Below, piece by piece: positions 38,068-50,055 of a DNA stretch of 64,000 nucleotides. A program made the position numbers and the translations under genes. The stretch lies in assembly GCA_963716395.1 (NCBI GenBank), contig OY970309.1, positions 3,072,001 to 3,136,000 of the forward strand. The letters are read 5' to 3'. The notes beneath the pieces are model-generated. The model ran no database searches. It saw nothing but the letters and a program-made list of their open reading frames with translations, and had not been told where the DNA came from. How positions within the stretch are numbered: position 1 is the stretch's first letter; the number at the start of each line of letters is the position of its first letter. Source of the DNA: an uncultured Fibrobacteria bacterium. GTDB lineage: Bacteria; Fibrobacterota; Fibrobacteria; UBA11236.

Positions 38068-39720
38068 TTATACCCGGCGCGGGCGCAACAGCGATGGACG
38101 CCACATCTCCGGCGCGGCATACCCCAGCAAATTGACCACGGTGGCCGCCAGATTGGCCAAGCCCGGCTGGGCGATACCCGACAGGTCATAGGCGTCGCGG
38201 TGCTGGTTGTCGTAGAAAACGCAGGGCACGGGATTCAGGGTGTGGCTGGTCTTGGCCTTGAAGCCGCCGGCCTTGGTCCGGGCGGGTTGATCGGTCTTTT
38301 TGTCGATCTCGAACATTTCATCGGCATTCCCGTGATCCGCGGTGACGATGGCCATGCCGCCCAGCGCATCAAGGGCCGGCAACAGTCGCGCCAGACAGAG
38401 GTCCACGACTTCAATCGCCATGGTGGCGGCGCGCAGGCTACCGGTGTGGCCGACCATGTCGCCGTTGGCATAATTCACGCGTGCGGCGCGGTACCGGCCG
38501 GTGCGCAATTCGGCGATCAAGGCATCGGTGATTTCCGCGGCCTTCATCCACGGGCGTTGATCAAAGGAAACGCGATCCGAAGGAATTTCGACATAGGTTT
38601 CCAGTTTCTCGTCGAATTTGCCGCTGCGGTTGCCGTTCCAGAAATAGGTGACATGCCCGTATTTCTGGGTTTCGCTGATGGCCAATTGGGTGACGCCCGA
38701 TTGGGCCAGGGCTTCGCCCATGGTGTGGCGGATTTCGGGCGGCGGCACCAGATAACGCTTGGGAATATGCAGGTCGCCGTCGTATTCGAGCATACCGGCA
38801 TAGCACACCGAGAGGCGGGGCCCGCGATCAAAAGGCGGGAACGATTCTTCTTCAAAGGCGCGGCTGATTTCGATGGCGCGATCGCCGCGAAAGTTGAAGA
38901 ACACCACGCTGTCGCCATCGACGATGGGACCCACCGGTTGACCGTCTTCGGCGACGATGAAGCCGGGCAGGTTTTGATCGCCGATGCCGGGCTGTTCGGC
39001 CCGGAAGGTGCCGATGGCCGCTTCGGCCGAGTCGAATTGCCGGCCCTGGCCGCGAACATGGATGTTCCAGCCGCGTTCCACCATGCCCCAATCGGCTTCA
39101 TAGCGATCCATGGTGATGAACATGCGGCCGCCGCCGCTAGCGATGCGTACGTCGAATTGCGGCGAACGCAATTCGGCGAGAAAGCGTTCGAAGGGTAAGA
39201 CGTAGTCGAGCGCCGAGGTTTCGCCCACGTCGCGGCCGTCGAGCAGAATGTGCACGCGCACGCGGGCCAGGCCCTCTTCGCGGGCGCGGCGGATCAAGGC
39301 CTTCAGGTGTTCGATGTGGGAGTGCACGTTGCCGTCGGAGAACAGGCCCAGAAAGTGCAAGGTCGCATGACGGTCGCGGGCGTTGGCCGTGATTTCCCGC
39401 CACGCATCACGCGCGTACAATGCGCCCGAGGCAATGGCCTGGTTCACCAGCGAAGCGCCCTGATCGACCACCTGTCCCGATCCGATGGCGTTATGCCCGA
39501 CTTCGGAATTGCCCATATCGTCGTCGCTGGGCAGTCCCACGGCTTTGCCGTGCGCGGCCAGCAAGGTATGCGGATATTCGCGCAACAGTTTTTCCAGCAT
39601 GGGCGCGCGCGCTTGTGCCACGGCATTGCCTTCGACGCGCGGCGTGATGCCCACGCCGTCCATGACGACCTCCACGATCGGGCCTTTATATTCGGGTGCC
39701 TGCGGCAAGCGTTTCAACAT
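38068..39720 (-). CDS. gpmI: 2,3-bisphosphoglycerate-independent phosphoglycerate mutase
   Basis: VMDGVG, MGNSEVGH, SDGNVHSH, LDGRD, NFRGDRA, ETQKYGHVT, NGDMVGHTG, TADHGN. Confidence 0.97.
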   Translation of the reverse strand: MLKRLPQAPEYKGPIVEVVMDGVGITPRVEGNAVAQARAPMLEKLLREYPHTLLAAHGKAVGLPSDDDMGNSEVGHNAIGSGQVVDQGASLVNQAIASGALYARDAWREITANARDRHATLHFLGLFSDGNVHSHIEHLKALIRRAREEGLARVRVHILLDGRDVGETSALDYVLPFERFLAELRSPQFDVRIASGGGRMFITMDRYEADWGMVERGWNIHVRGQGRQFDSAEAAIGTFRAEQPGIGDQNLPGFIVAEDGQPVGPIVDGDSVVFFNFRGDRAIEISRAFEEESFPPFDRGPRLSVCYAGMLEYDGDLHIPKRYLVPPPEIRHTMGEALAQSGVTQLAISETQKYGHVTYFWNGNRSGKFDEKLETYVEIPSDRVSFDQRPWMKAAEITDALIAELRTGRYRAARVNYANGDMVGHTGSLRAATMAIEVVDLCLARLLPALDALGGMAIVTADHGNADEMFEIDKKTDQPARTKAGGFKAKTSHTLNPVPCVFYDNQHRDAYDLSGIAQPGLANLAATVVNLLGYAAPEMWRPSLLRPRRV

Positions 39721-39748
39721 GAAAAATCTCCTGGCCTTGCGAAAATAA

Positions 39749-41122
39749 TCACTCCGGCCCGTTGGCGGCGGGAGGGGAAAAACGTGACGCGGGTTTTCTT
39801 CCCAGTAACCCGTAGCGATCCGGCAGGAGCACCACCAGCACTTCGAGATTATCGGTGCCGGGAAACAAATCGAACGCCTGCACCTTGGCCACCATGTATC
39901 CGTGCTTGCGCCAGCGATCCACCTCGCGTGGCAATGTGTCCAGATCGCAGAATAAATGCGCCACGCGCCGCGGCCGGCGCGCCGCCAAGAGCGAGATCAA
40001 TCCTGCCGGCGTGCCTTGGCGCGGCGGATCGAGCAGGATGATTTCCGGCGGGTTTCCTGCCGGCGGCAAAAGCCGCGTCAGCCGCGGGGGGTCGATTTTG
40101 GCGGCTTCGAAACGTGTTTGCCGCAAGCCGGCCGCAGCCGCCGACTGGCGGCCGGCCACGCAGGCTTCGGGCGACAATTCCAGGCCCAAGGCTTCGGAAC
40201 ACAGCGCGCCCGCCGGAATCGTGAATAAGCCGCAGCCGCAATACAGGTCGAGCAGCCGATCGGTGTCGCGCGGTTTCAAGGCGCGCAGCACTTCGTCGAT
40301 GAGGCGCGGCAGCAAAGACGGGTTGACTTGAAAAAAACCGGCCGGAGGGAGAAAGTAGCGGCGACCCGCCACGGTGACCGGCAGAAATTCGGGGCCGAAC
40401 AGCCGCTTGAGCTTGAGCGGACGCTGCGCGCCTTCGAGATAAAAAGGCGAGCGCGAAGGGTCGCAGAAAAGATACGCCGACACGACGCGGGCGTCGGTGA
40501 GCGCGCGCAGGTGATCGGCCAGGAGTTTGGCTTTGCGCACCACGTCGGCATTCAGGCGGTGCACGTTGAATAAGACCATCAAGTCGGCATCGCCGCGCAC
40601 GATGAGAAAATTCAGATTGTGCGCCAGCGGCGCGTAGGCGGCTTCGCGCAGCTTTTCCAACGCCTTGGCATACACCGCCACATGCGCGGGCAATTCCAAA
40701 ATCCACGGGTCTCCGGTGATTTCGCCGCCCGGGCGCTCGGGAAAAAAATCCCAATCCCAACGGTTGCGCCGCCAAATCGGTTTTCGTTTCGAAGTCGAGC
40801 GGTAATGGCGTGGCAGAGGAGAAGGAAGAATGCGCGAGGGTTTGTCGGGCAATCCACTGGTTTTCCAGAAGAGGCGCAAGGCTTCGTTCTTGAGTTCCAA
40901 CTCCGCGGGATACTCAAGCGCCGCCAGAGGTGCGGGTTCGGGTTGAAACGACAAACTTTTGGAGGCGGCGATCTCGCGCAAAGTCCGGGAGAAAGTTCCC
41001 GGTCCGGAGGCCGGGAGGTCGGCGGAATTCTCCGCCGCCCGGGAATTTTTTCCTGGAGCGTTTCGGCTACGGAACTTTGCGCCCGGCGCGGGCAAACGTG
41101 TGCGGGTGCGGCCGTTTCTCAC
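39749..41122 (-). CDS. RNA m5U methyltransferase, RlmD/TrmA family
   Basis: GFFQVN, LLDLYCGCGLF, LLDPPRQG, catalytic Cys in LFCD, DLFPGTDNLE. Confidence 0.88.
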   Translation of the reverse strand: MRNGRTRTRLPAPGAKFRSRNAPGKNSRAAENSADLPASGPGTFSRTLREIAASKSLSFQPEPAPLAALEYPAELELKNEALRLFWKTSGLPDKPSRILPSPLPRHYRSTSKRKPIWRRNRWDWDFFPERPGGEITGDPWILELPAHVAVYAKALEKLREAAYAPLAHNLNFLIVRGDADLMVLFNVHRLNADVVRKAKLLADHLRALTDARVVSAYLFCDPSRSPFYLEGAQRPLKLKRLFGPEFLPVTVAGRRYFLPPAGFFQVNPSLLPRLIDEVLRALKPRDTDRLLDLYCGCGLFTIPAGALCSEALGLELSPEACVAGRQSAAAAGLRQTRFEAAKIDPPRLTRLLPPAGNPPEIILLDPPRQGTPAGLISLLAARRPRRVAHLFCDLDTLPREVDRWRKHGYMVAKVQAFDLFPGTDNLEVLVVLLPDRYGLLGRKPASRFSPPAANGPE

Positions 41123-41499
41123 GCGGCCAACACTTTATGGATGGCCGTTTGTAAAAAGGCGGTAAAGCCGGGCTGCCGGGTGAGATGCGGGTGCAGCCCA
41201 AAGCGCATCTGGGGAAGACGGGTTCGTTCGGCCTGCACTAAGACCGGAAGGTCTTCGCGGGCATGTTTGCCCTGGAATACCAGCAGGGGAAACACCTCGA
41301 TGCGCACGCAACCGCGGCGGCAGAGTTCATCCACCGCCGGCGACAAAGCCGGTTCGCGGTTCAAATAGGCAGCGGTGAAAACCCAATTCGGTTGCGAGGC
41401 GGCCAGTTGGCGGCAAAGCTCCTGCGCTTCGGATTCGGCTTCGGGATCGCGGCTGCCATGAGCCAGAAGCACGACGCCGACGCGATTTTCCGTTGTCAT
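41119..41499 (-). CDS. cbiX: Short CbiX/SirB-type tetrapyrrole chelatase
   Basis: LLAHGSRDP, AYLNREPAL, PLLVFQGKHAREDLP. Confidence 0.85.
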   Translation of the reverse strand: MTTENRVGVVLLAHGSRDPEAESEAQELCRQLAASQPNWVFTAAYLNREPALSPAVDELCRRGCVRIEVFPLLVFQGKHAREDLPVLVQAERTRLPQMRFGLHPHLTRQPGFTAFLQTAIHKVLAA

Positions 41500-41592
41500 A
41501 ACGCAAAGTTAGCTCGAACGACCAGGGTTGCGCCGATGTTTACCGCGATGTACAATTGGGGCGTTAACCCGCTCATTTTGGAGTTTTCATAC

Positions 41593-41910
41593 ATGGCCCA
41601 GGCGCAAATCAAATCTCTGCAACACGAGGGCGAACCCATGATTGAGATTCGCGGGCATTGGGATCAAAGCGCGCTCGATGGGCTGATCAAAGCTTTTCAA
41701 AAGAGCATGGGCAAGGTGGGCGGCAAATTGTTTCTGCGCATGTCCGAACTCGACTATATGGACAGCGCCGCCATGGGCGTCATAATGTTCAACATGCGCG
41801 AATTGGCCCGGCGCAATGCCAAGCTGGTGCTTTTGCAACCGTCTCCGGAAATGCGCGACATTCTGCGTACCGCTTCTTTGGATCGCATTCTCGAAATCCG
41901 CGACGATTGA
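41593..41910 (+). CDS. STAS domain anti-sigma factor antagonist
   Basis: MSELDYMDSAAMGVI with the phosphorylatable Ser, ILRTASLDRILEI. GGAG RBS; TACAAT at 41551. Confidence 0.88.
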   Translation: MAQAQIKSLQHEGEPMIEIRGHWDQSALDGLIKAFQKSMGKVGGKLFLRMSELDYMDSAAMGVIMFNMRELARRNAKLVLLQPSPEMRDILRTASLDRILEIRDD

Positions 41911-42087
41911 TACCCGCCTTCTTATCTACTGGCAGATCAATTCTTTAGTCGGGCGCCGGCGAAGGCGCCCTCCGCGCAAATTCACCGCTTCGGGCGCATT
42001 TGCGGCCTGAAGACGTTATATTCTGCAAACAGGAGGGACATTCCGGCGTTACGGGTAGCGGCGGTGAACCGTAGGCGCGGAGAGACG

Positions 42088-43194
42088 ATGAAGCAAACCC
42101 CATTGCATGCAGCGCATCTTCGCCTGGGTGCCAAAATGGCGCCTTTCGCGGGCTTCGACATGCCCATTCAATACACCGGAATCCGGGTCGAGCATGAAGC
42201 CGTGCGCCGTCAGGCCGGCCTCTTCGACGTATCGCATATGGGCAATTTTTTGGTGAGCGGTCCCGGCGCCCGGGCATTCTTACAGTATCTCACCACCAAT
42301 GATGTGGCCGCGCTGCGTCCCGGCCAGGTGCAATATTCGGCTCTTTGCCTTCCCGATGGCGGGGTCATCGACGACATTCTGGTCGGCGCTTCGGCGCCCG
42401 ATGCCTATCGCGTGGTGGTCAACGCTTCCAATGTCGACAAAGATTGGGAATGGTTCCAAAGCCACCGCGGCTCCGGTGATTTCGACCTGGTTAACGCGTC
42501 GGCCGACACCGCCATTCTTTCCGTGCAAGGCCCGCAAGCTGAAAACATCTTGCGCCAGGTCGCTCCGCAATTGCCGCCGCTGCCGACCTATCACTGCGGC
42601 AGCACTCGGGTGGTTGGGGTCGAAACCCCGCTCTCGCGTACCGGTTATACCGGTGAAGACGGTTTCGAACTTTTTCCCGAAGCGGGTCAGGCCGCCGCTT
42701 TGTGGGACGCGTTGCTGGCTGCCGGAGCCCCTTTCGGCATGCGCCCCGTGGGCTTGGGAGCGCGCGACACCTTGCGCCTGGAAGCGGGTTATTCTTTGTA
42801 CGGCCATGAGTTGAATGCAGGCATCAATCCCCTGGAAGCCGGTTTGAGTTGGATTACGGCCATGGATAAAGGCGATTTCCTCGGCCGCGACGCCTTGGTC
42901 AAAATCAAGCAGCCCGGATTGGCCCGCAAAATGACGGGCTTGGAGATGGAAGAGTTGGCCATTCCGCGCGAAGGCTGCGAGGTGCGGCATGCGGGGCGGG
43001 TCGTGGGGCGGATCACGTCGGGGACTTTGTCGCCTACCTTGGGAAAGGGCATTGCCTTGGCCCTCATCGAAGCTGCGTCGGCCGTGCGCGGTACGGAGTT
43101 GCAGATCGACATTCGCGGCGTTTGGAAAAAAGCCCGCGCCGTGCCCCGGAACTTTTATCGCCGGGACCGGGTGCCGCAGGAAAAACCGACATGA
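42088..43194 (+). CDS. gcvT: Glycine cleavage system aminomethyltransferase T
   Basis: TPLH, FAGFDMPIQY, GLFDVSHMG, SRTGYTGEDGFE, GLGARDTLRLEAG. Confidence 0.96.
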   Translation: MKQTPLHAAHLRLGAKMAPFAGFDMPIQYTGIRVEHEAVRRQAGLFDVSHMGNFLVSGPGARAFLQYLTTNDVAALRPGQVQYSALCLPDGGVIDDILVGASAPDAYRVVVNASNVDKDWEWFQSHRGSGDFDLVNASADTAILSVQGPQAENILRQVAPQLPPLPTYHCGSTRVVGVETPLSRTGYTGEDGFELFPEAGQAAALWDALLAAGAPFGMRPVGLGARDTLRLEAGYSLYGHELNAGINPLEAGLSWITAMDKGDFLGRDALVKIKQPGLARKMTGLEMEELAIPREGCEVRHAGRVVGRITSGTLSPTLGKGIALALIEAASAVRGTELQIDIRGVWKKARAVPRNFYRRDRVPQEKPT

Positions 43195-45836
43195 CCACCA
43201 AAACCAAACCCGAGAGCAAAAAACCGCCGGAACGCCTGGCGCTGCGCACCAAGGAGCGATCCAAAGAGAGATCCAAGAAGAAGGCCGCGCCGGAACCGGA
43301 GCCCAGTCAGGAAATTCCCGGATTGGCCCTGCTGTCGGCCGTACTGATTTCCGGCATCGCGTTGCTTTCGGAATCGGTGCGCGGCGACGCGGCCAATTTG
43401 CTCGGACCCTACCTGGGAAAATGGTGGGCCCAAGCTTTGAATCAAAGCCTGGGAGCTTTGCCCGTCCTGTTTTATCTGGGCGCTTTCGGCGTTGTGGGCC
43501 TGCAACTGCTGCTCAAAAAGAACTGGTGGCGGCCCGCTCTCATCCTGGCCTTGATGGGATTCTTCCTCGGCTTGCTGCTCAGCATTCCCCATTTGCGCGA
43601 CGCCGTGTTGACTCCGGCCGCCTACCAACTGTCCGGAGGGTGGATTGGAAATTTCCTATGCCGCCGGCTTTACCTCCCGCTCTTTCGCACCGGACAGTTC
43701 GGGCCGTATCTCGTCACCTGGCTGCTGATTTTTTTCCTCGTGGTGTGGGGATTCAAACTGAGCGTAACGGCTTTGTTGGCGCATACCGCGGGCGTGGCCG
43801 GAAGCGTCGGCCGCTCTCTGGCCGACGGCTGGAGACGGGGGAAAAAAGCGCCCGAGGCCAAATCCGCCGCGTCCTCCGCCGCCCCCGCCAAGCGCACCGT
43901 GAAGCCGGCGCCGCCTGCGCCCGCCTTGCCTTTGCCGGAAGAAGGCGACAGTCCCGAAGAGGAAAAAGCCAAGCTCGAAGCCCTGCTCGATCGCGGCGAT
44001 TTGGAAGGGCTGGATCCCATCATCATTCGGAAAATCCGCGACCTGGCCATCGAGCGCAAGCGGGTCAACGAATTGAACGAGTGGGAGCAGAAGGTGCGCC
44101 ACCCGGAAATTGCGGGCATGCTGGGCGCCGACCCCAAGGCCAAAATCCCCGAACGCCCCGAACCGCGCACACAGCGGCTGGCCGCGTCGGAAACCGAAAT
44201 TGATCCGCCGGCCGAAGAAGAAGATTTTTCTGGGCCTGCGCCGGCCAAGCGAAAGCCGGCGCGCCGGAAAACTCCGGCGGCGGAAGCGCCGGCGGGGGAG
44301 GCCCAGGCCTTCCCCGCCGACCTTCCCGCGGTCCCGGCCGCACCGGAAGTGCATTACGACCCGTACCATTTGCCCGATCTCGACGGCATTTTTGAAACCC
44401 CGCCGGAGCAACCGCTGGAATTCACCGAAGAGGAGTTGCGCGAGCAGAGCAAAATGCTCGAAGCCCAGCTCATCAATTTCAAGGTGATGGGCAAGGTCAC
44501 GCAGATTTGTCCCGGCCCCGTGATCACGCGCTATGAAGTGGAGCTGGCGCCGGGCGTGAAGGTGAACCGCATCAGCAATCTGGCCGATGATTTGGCCCTG
44601 GCGCTCAAGGCCAAGAGCATCCGCATTCTCGCGCCCATTCCCGGAAAATCCGTGGTGGGCATCGAGGTGCCCAACCGCAAGGCGCAAATCGTATACATCA
44701 AAGAGATCTTGTCGGCGCGGGAGTTTCAGACCGAAGACGACATGCTCAAGATCGGGTTGGGAAAAACCATCGGCGGAGATCCCTATGTGATCGAACTGTC
44801 GCGCGCGCCGCATTTGCTCATCGCGGGCCAGACCGGGTCGGGAAAATCGGTGTGCATCAACAGCATCATGGCCTCGCTGCTGGCCACCAAGACCCCCGAC
44901 GAATTGCGGCTGATCCTCGTCGACCCCAAGGTGGTCGAACTCAAGCCCTATGACGCCATTCCACATCTGCTGCATCCGGTGATCACCCAGCCCGACGTGG
45001 CGGTGCAGGCCCTGAAATGGTCCACGGTGGAAATGGACCGGCGCTACGGGGTGCTGGCGCAAGCCGGTGTGCGCAACATCAAGGGCTTCAACCAGAAATT
45101 CCGCGAGGGGACCCTGCCCGAAATCCTGCTGGAAGAAGACCGCAAGCTCATGCCCGTCATTCTCATCGTCATCGACGAATTAGCCGACCTGATGATGGTG
45201 GCCGGCAAAGAGGTCGAAACCCAGATCGCGCGCATCGCCCAGAAAGCGCGCGCCATCGGCATTCACCTGATTCTGGCCACGCAGCGGCCGTCGACCAATG
45301 TGATCACCGGCACGATTAAAGCGAATTTGCCCACGCGCATCGCCTTTCAGGTGGCCAGCCAAATCGACGCCCGCACCATCCTCGACCGGCAAGGTGCGGA
45401 AAAGCTGCTGGGCCGGGGCGACATGCTGTATAAGTCCATCGATTTCCCCGAGCCGGTGCGCCTGCATGGATGCTATATCGACGACGATCAGTGCGAAAAA
45501 ATCGCCGGAGCGTGTAGTGCGCAATTCGTGAATTATCCCCAGGTCACGAGCTTCAATCTCGACGAGGCGGCGGGCGGCGCCGGGCTGGAGGAGGAGGAGC
45601 GCGACGAGAAATTCCGCGAAGCCGCCGAGTTGGTGGTGCAGTTGAAACAGGCTTCGGTGTCGCTGTTGCAGCGGCGCCTGGGTCTGGGCTACGCGCGCTC
45701 CGGCCGTCTGGTCGATCAGTTGGAGCGCGCCGGCATCGTGGGCCGGGAACGCGGCAGCAAGCCGCGAGAAGTGCTGATGGGCGAAGAGGAATTGTTCAGC
45801 TTCCTCAATTCCAACCGGGCCGTGGACGAGGCGTAA
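43191..45836 (+). CDS. ftsK: DNA translocase FtsK
   Basis: N-terminal TM domain, Pro-rich linker, PHLLIAGQTGSGKSV, IDELADLMM, LATQRPS, GAEKLLGRGDML, gamma domain (SVSLLQRRL). Confidence 0.97.
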   Translation: MTTKTKPESKKPPERLALRTKERSKERSKKKAAPEPEPSQEIPGLALLSAVLISGIALLSESVRGDAANLLGPYLGKWWAQALNQSLGALPVLFYLGAFGVVGLQLLLKKNWWRPALILALMGFFLGLLLSIPHLRDAVLTPAAYQLSGGWIGNFLCRRLYLPLFRTGQFGPYLVTWLLIFFLVVWGFKLSVTALLAHTAGVAGSVGRSLADGWRRGKKAPEAKSAASSAAPAKRTVKPAPPAPALPLPEEGDSPEEEKAKLEALLDRGDLEGLDPIIIRKIRDLAIERKRVNELNEWEQKVRHPEIAGMLGADPKAKIPERPEPRTQRLAASETEIDPPAEEEDFSGPAPAKRKPARRKTPAAEAPAGEAQAFPADLPAVPAAPEVHYDPYHLPDLDGIFETPPEQPLEFTEEELREQSKMLEAQLINFKVMGKVTQICPGPVITRYEVELAPGVKVNRISNLADDLALALKAKSIRILAPIPGKSVVGIEVPNRKAQIVYIKEILSAREFQTEDDMLKIGLGKTIGGDPYVIELSRAPHLLIAGQTGSGKSVCINSIMASLLATKTPDELRLILVDPKVVELKPYDAIPHLLHPVITQPDVAVQALKWSTVEMDRRYGVLAQAGVRNIKGFNQKFREGTLPEILLEEDRKLMPVILIVIDELADLMMVAGKEVETQIARIAQKARAIGIHLILATQRPSTNVITGTIKANLPTRIAFQVASQIDARTILDRQGAEKLLGRGDMLYKSIDFPEPVRLHGCYIDDDQCEKIAGACSAQFVNYPQVTSFNLDEAAGGAGLEEEERDEKFREAAELVVQLKQASVSLLQRRLGLGYARSGRLVDQLERAGIVGRERGSKPREVLMGEEELFSFLNSNRAVDEA

Positions 45837-45846
45837 GTCTTTCGAA

Positions 45847-47816
<1,970 letters not shown>

Positions 47817-47972
47817 AAGGCAAAATATAATCCCCCCGGGAGGCGCGCATGCACCACCATGGAGCACGGTGCGTTTCGGCTGATTTGTGTTCCGGCTTCG
47901 GCCGTTTGGCGGCGACCCACGTTGTGCTTGGCAACCCGGGAAAAAAGAATTCCTATTAACGACCCGTTTCGT

Positions 47973-48048
47973 GGGGCCATAGCTCAGTTGGTAGAGCGTC
48001 TCGTTCGCAATGAGAAGGCCGGGAGTTCGACTCTCCCTGGCTCCACCA
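47973..48048 (+). tRNA. tRNA-Ala (anticodon CGC)
   Basis: GGGGCCATAGCTCAGTTGGTAGAGC...TTCGCAA loop...GTTCGACTC...TGGCTCCACCA. 76 nt with G3:U70 and encoded CCA. Confidence 0.97.
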
Positions 48049-48176
48049 AAATTTTTCCCGCCGCGCCCCGGCCTGTCGCCGTCTCCGGTTTGCGCGCCGA
48101 ATCACCGTGATTCCAATTTTTGATTTGCAGCGGGAGAAGCCGCCTCGGCCCGTCTCAACCCAAAAGGCTTCCCTGC

Positions 48177-49202
48177 CTAGAGCAACTCTTCCTGCTGCTG
48201 CGGGGGCCGCAACGGCGTCAAACCCAGATGGCGGTAGGCATGCGCGGTGGCCATGCGGCCGCGGGGAGTGCGTTTGAGAAAGCCGATTTGGATCAAATAG
48301 GGTTCGTAGACCTCTTCCAAGGTGTTTTCCTCTTCGCCGATGGAAGCCCCGAGCGTCGAAAGCCCCACCGGGCCGCCTTCGAATTTGGAGGCGATAGTGG
48401 TGAGAATGGCGCGATCCATTTCGTCGAGACCCAAGGCGTCGATGCCCAGCATGTCCAGGGTTTTTGCGGCGATGGCGGCGTCGATTCGCGGAGCATTGCG
48501 CACCTGCGCCACATCGCGGCACCGGCGCAGCACGCGGTTGCCCACGCGCGGTGTGCCGCGGCAGCGGGCGGCCAGAAGTTCGAGGCCTTCGGGGGCCAGT
48601 TCAACCTTGAGCAAATGCGCCGAGCGGCGCAGAATGCGTTTCATTTCCTCTTCGCTGTACATTTCGAGGCGAAAGCTTAAGCCGAAGCGATCGCGCAGCG
48701 GCGAGGTCAGCATGCCGGTGCGCGTGGTGGCGCCCACCAAGGTGAATTTCTTCAGTGGCAAATTGATGCACTTCGCGGCCGGCCCGGATTCGAGCATGAT
48801 GTCGATTTTGAAATCTTCCATGGCCGGATACAGGAATTCCTCGACGACCCGTCCCAGGCGATGGATTTCGTCGATGAAGAGTACGTCATGCGCTTCGAGA
48901 TTGGTGAGCAGCCCGGCCAGCTCCGAAGGTTTGCCCAGTGCCGGGCCCGAGGTGATTTTCAAATTGGCGCCCATCTCGCGCGCCACGATATGCGCCAAGG
49001 TGGTTTTTCCCAACCCCGGCGGACCGGCCAATAGAATGTGGTCGATGGGCTCGCGCCGCTTGCGCGCGGCTTCGAGGAACAGGCTCAGCGCTTCTTTGAC
49101 TTTCTCCTGGCCCACGAATTCGGACAGGGTGGCGGGCCGCAAGCTGGTCTCGCCCTCGGCGTCGTCTCCCAATTGTTCCGGGGCGATGATGCGTTCGGCC
49201 AT
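48177..49202 (-). CDS. ruvB: Holliday junction branch migration helicase RuvB
   Basis: [46 protein letters not shown]. Confidence 0.98.
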   Translation of the reverse strand: MAERIIAPEQLGDDAEGETSLRPATLSEFVGQEKVKEALSLFLEAARKRREPIDHILLAGPPGLGKTTLAHIVAREMGANLKITSGPALGKPSELAGLLTNLEAHDVLFIDEIHRLGRVVEEFLYPAMEDFKIDIMLESGPAAKCINLPLKKFTLVGATTRTGMLTSPLRDRFGLSFRLEMYSEEEMKRILRRSAHLLKVELAPEGLELLAARCRGTPRVGNRVLRRCRDVAQVRNAPRIDAAIAAKTLDMLGIDALGLDEMDRAILTTIASKFEGGPVGLSTLGASIGEEENTLEEVYEPYLIQIGFLKRTPRGRMATAHAYRHLGLTPLRPPQQQEELL

Positions 49203-49249
49203 GGTTCGAATATAGCCTTTTCCCTAATGGTTGGATTTTGGTATAAAGT

Positions 49250-49278
49250 TTGATTTCATAAAAATGATTGATTATAAT
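49250..49278 (+). promoter_or_regulatory. Sigma-70-type promoter of the first TA pair
   Basis: TTGATT (49250-55), 17 nt spacer, TATAAT (49273-78), 7 nt before ATG 49286. Confidence 0.7.
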
Positions 49279-49285
49279 ATATATC

Positions 49286-49540
49286 ATGATTCACAAAAAA
49301 GTCCGGCTGGGGCGCCGCAGCCAACTGGTGCTCCCCAAAGAAGCCCGGGATTCGCTGCATGTGCGCGAAGGGCAATCGGTGGTTTTTGAAATCGACGACG
49401 CGGGGGTACGCGTCCTCAATCCGCGCGCGGCCTTGCAGCAATCGTATGGAGCGTTCAAACACTTTTGGGGTAAAGACCGCGCCGAAGTGGATCGCTATCT
49501 CCGCGAAGTGCGCTCTTCCTGGGAAAACGCTTCGCGGTGA
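49286..49540 (+). CDS. AbrB/MazE/SpoVT-family antitoxin
   Basis: VRLGRRSQLVLPKEARDSLHVREGQSVVF. GTGA overlap with a PIN gene. Confidence 0.9.
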   Translation: MIHKKVRLGRRSQLVLPKEARDSLHVREGQSVVFEIDDAGVRVLNPRAALQQSYGAFKHFWGKDRAEVDRYLREVRSSWENASR

Positions 49541-50004
49541 AATTGGGCAAACTTGAAAGTCTGATCCGCAGGCATGGCGCCGCCGGCGTCGACACCTCGG
49601 TGCTCATCTATCATTTTCAGGCCTTGCCGCCTTTGGGCGCTTTGGCCGCCGATGCCTTGGGGTGGCTGGCGGAAGAGGACGGCTTTTTTCTTTCCACGTT
49701 GACTTTGACCGAATTGCTGGTCAAGCCCCTCCAATCCGACGCGGGTCGGGGGGTGAAAGAACTGGAACAGGCGCTGGAAAGTTTTCCCGGTTTGACGTGG
49801 GTGGCGCCGGATTACCGGATTGCACGCGAGGCAGCCCGGCTCGGGGCCCGTTACGGATTGAAGCTGGCCGATGCCGTCATTCTTGCCACAACCATTCAAT
49901 CCGGCGCCAAAGTTTTTTTGACCAATGACGGCGACTTCCGCAAAGTCCGCTCGCGGGAGGCCATCGAAATCGCGGTGCTCGAAGATTACCTGGAAGTGAA
50001 ATGA
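49537..50004 (+). CDS. vapC: PIN-domain toxin
   Basis: VDTSVLIY, TLTELL, LADAVILAT, LTNDGDF acidic tetrad. Confidence 0.9.
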   Translation: MKLGKLESLIRRHGAAGVDTSVLIYHFQALPPLGALAADALGWLAEEDGFFLSTLTLTELLVKPLQSDAGRGVKELEQALESFPGLTWVAPDYRIAREAARLGARYGLKLADAVILATTIQSGAKVFLTNDGDFRKVRSREAIEIAVLEDYLEVK

Positions 50005-50040
50005 ACAACGGCCGAGGTGCTGGCGAACCCTTGCAAAAAT

Positions 50041-50053
50041 GGCTATAATAGCC
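50041..50053. promoter_or_regulatory. Palindromic operator overlapping the -10 box of the second TA pair
   Basis: GGCTAT-A-ATAGCC perfect inverted repeat containing TATAAT (50044-49), 6 nt before ATG 50056. Confidence 0.65.
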
Positions 50054-50055
50054 CT

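Noticed and set aside
41911-42087. Glycine riboswitch or 6S RNA upstream of gcvT
   Set aside because: A GAAGGCGC fragment is present, but the GGAGA...CTCTCAGG aptamer order is absent. The paired region (about 113 nt) is too short for 6S RNA.
43830-44360. Pro/Ala/Lys-rich repetitive-looking stretch in ftsK
   Set aside because: This is the ordinary variable FtsK linker, not a DNA repeat.
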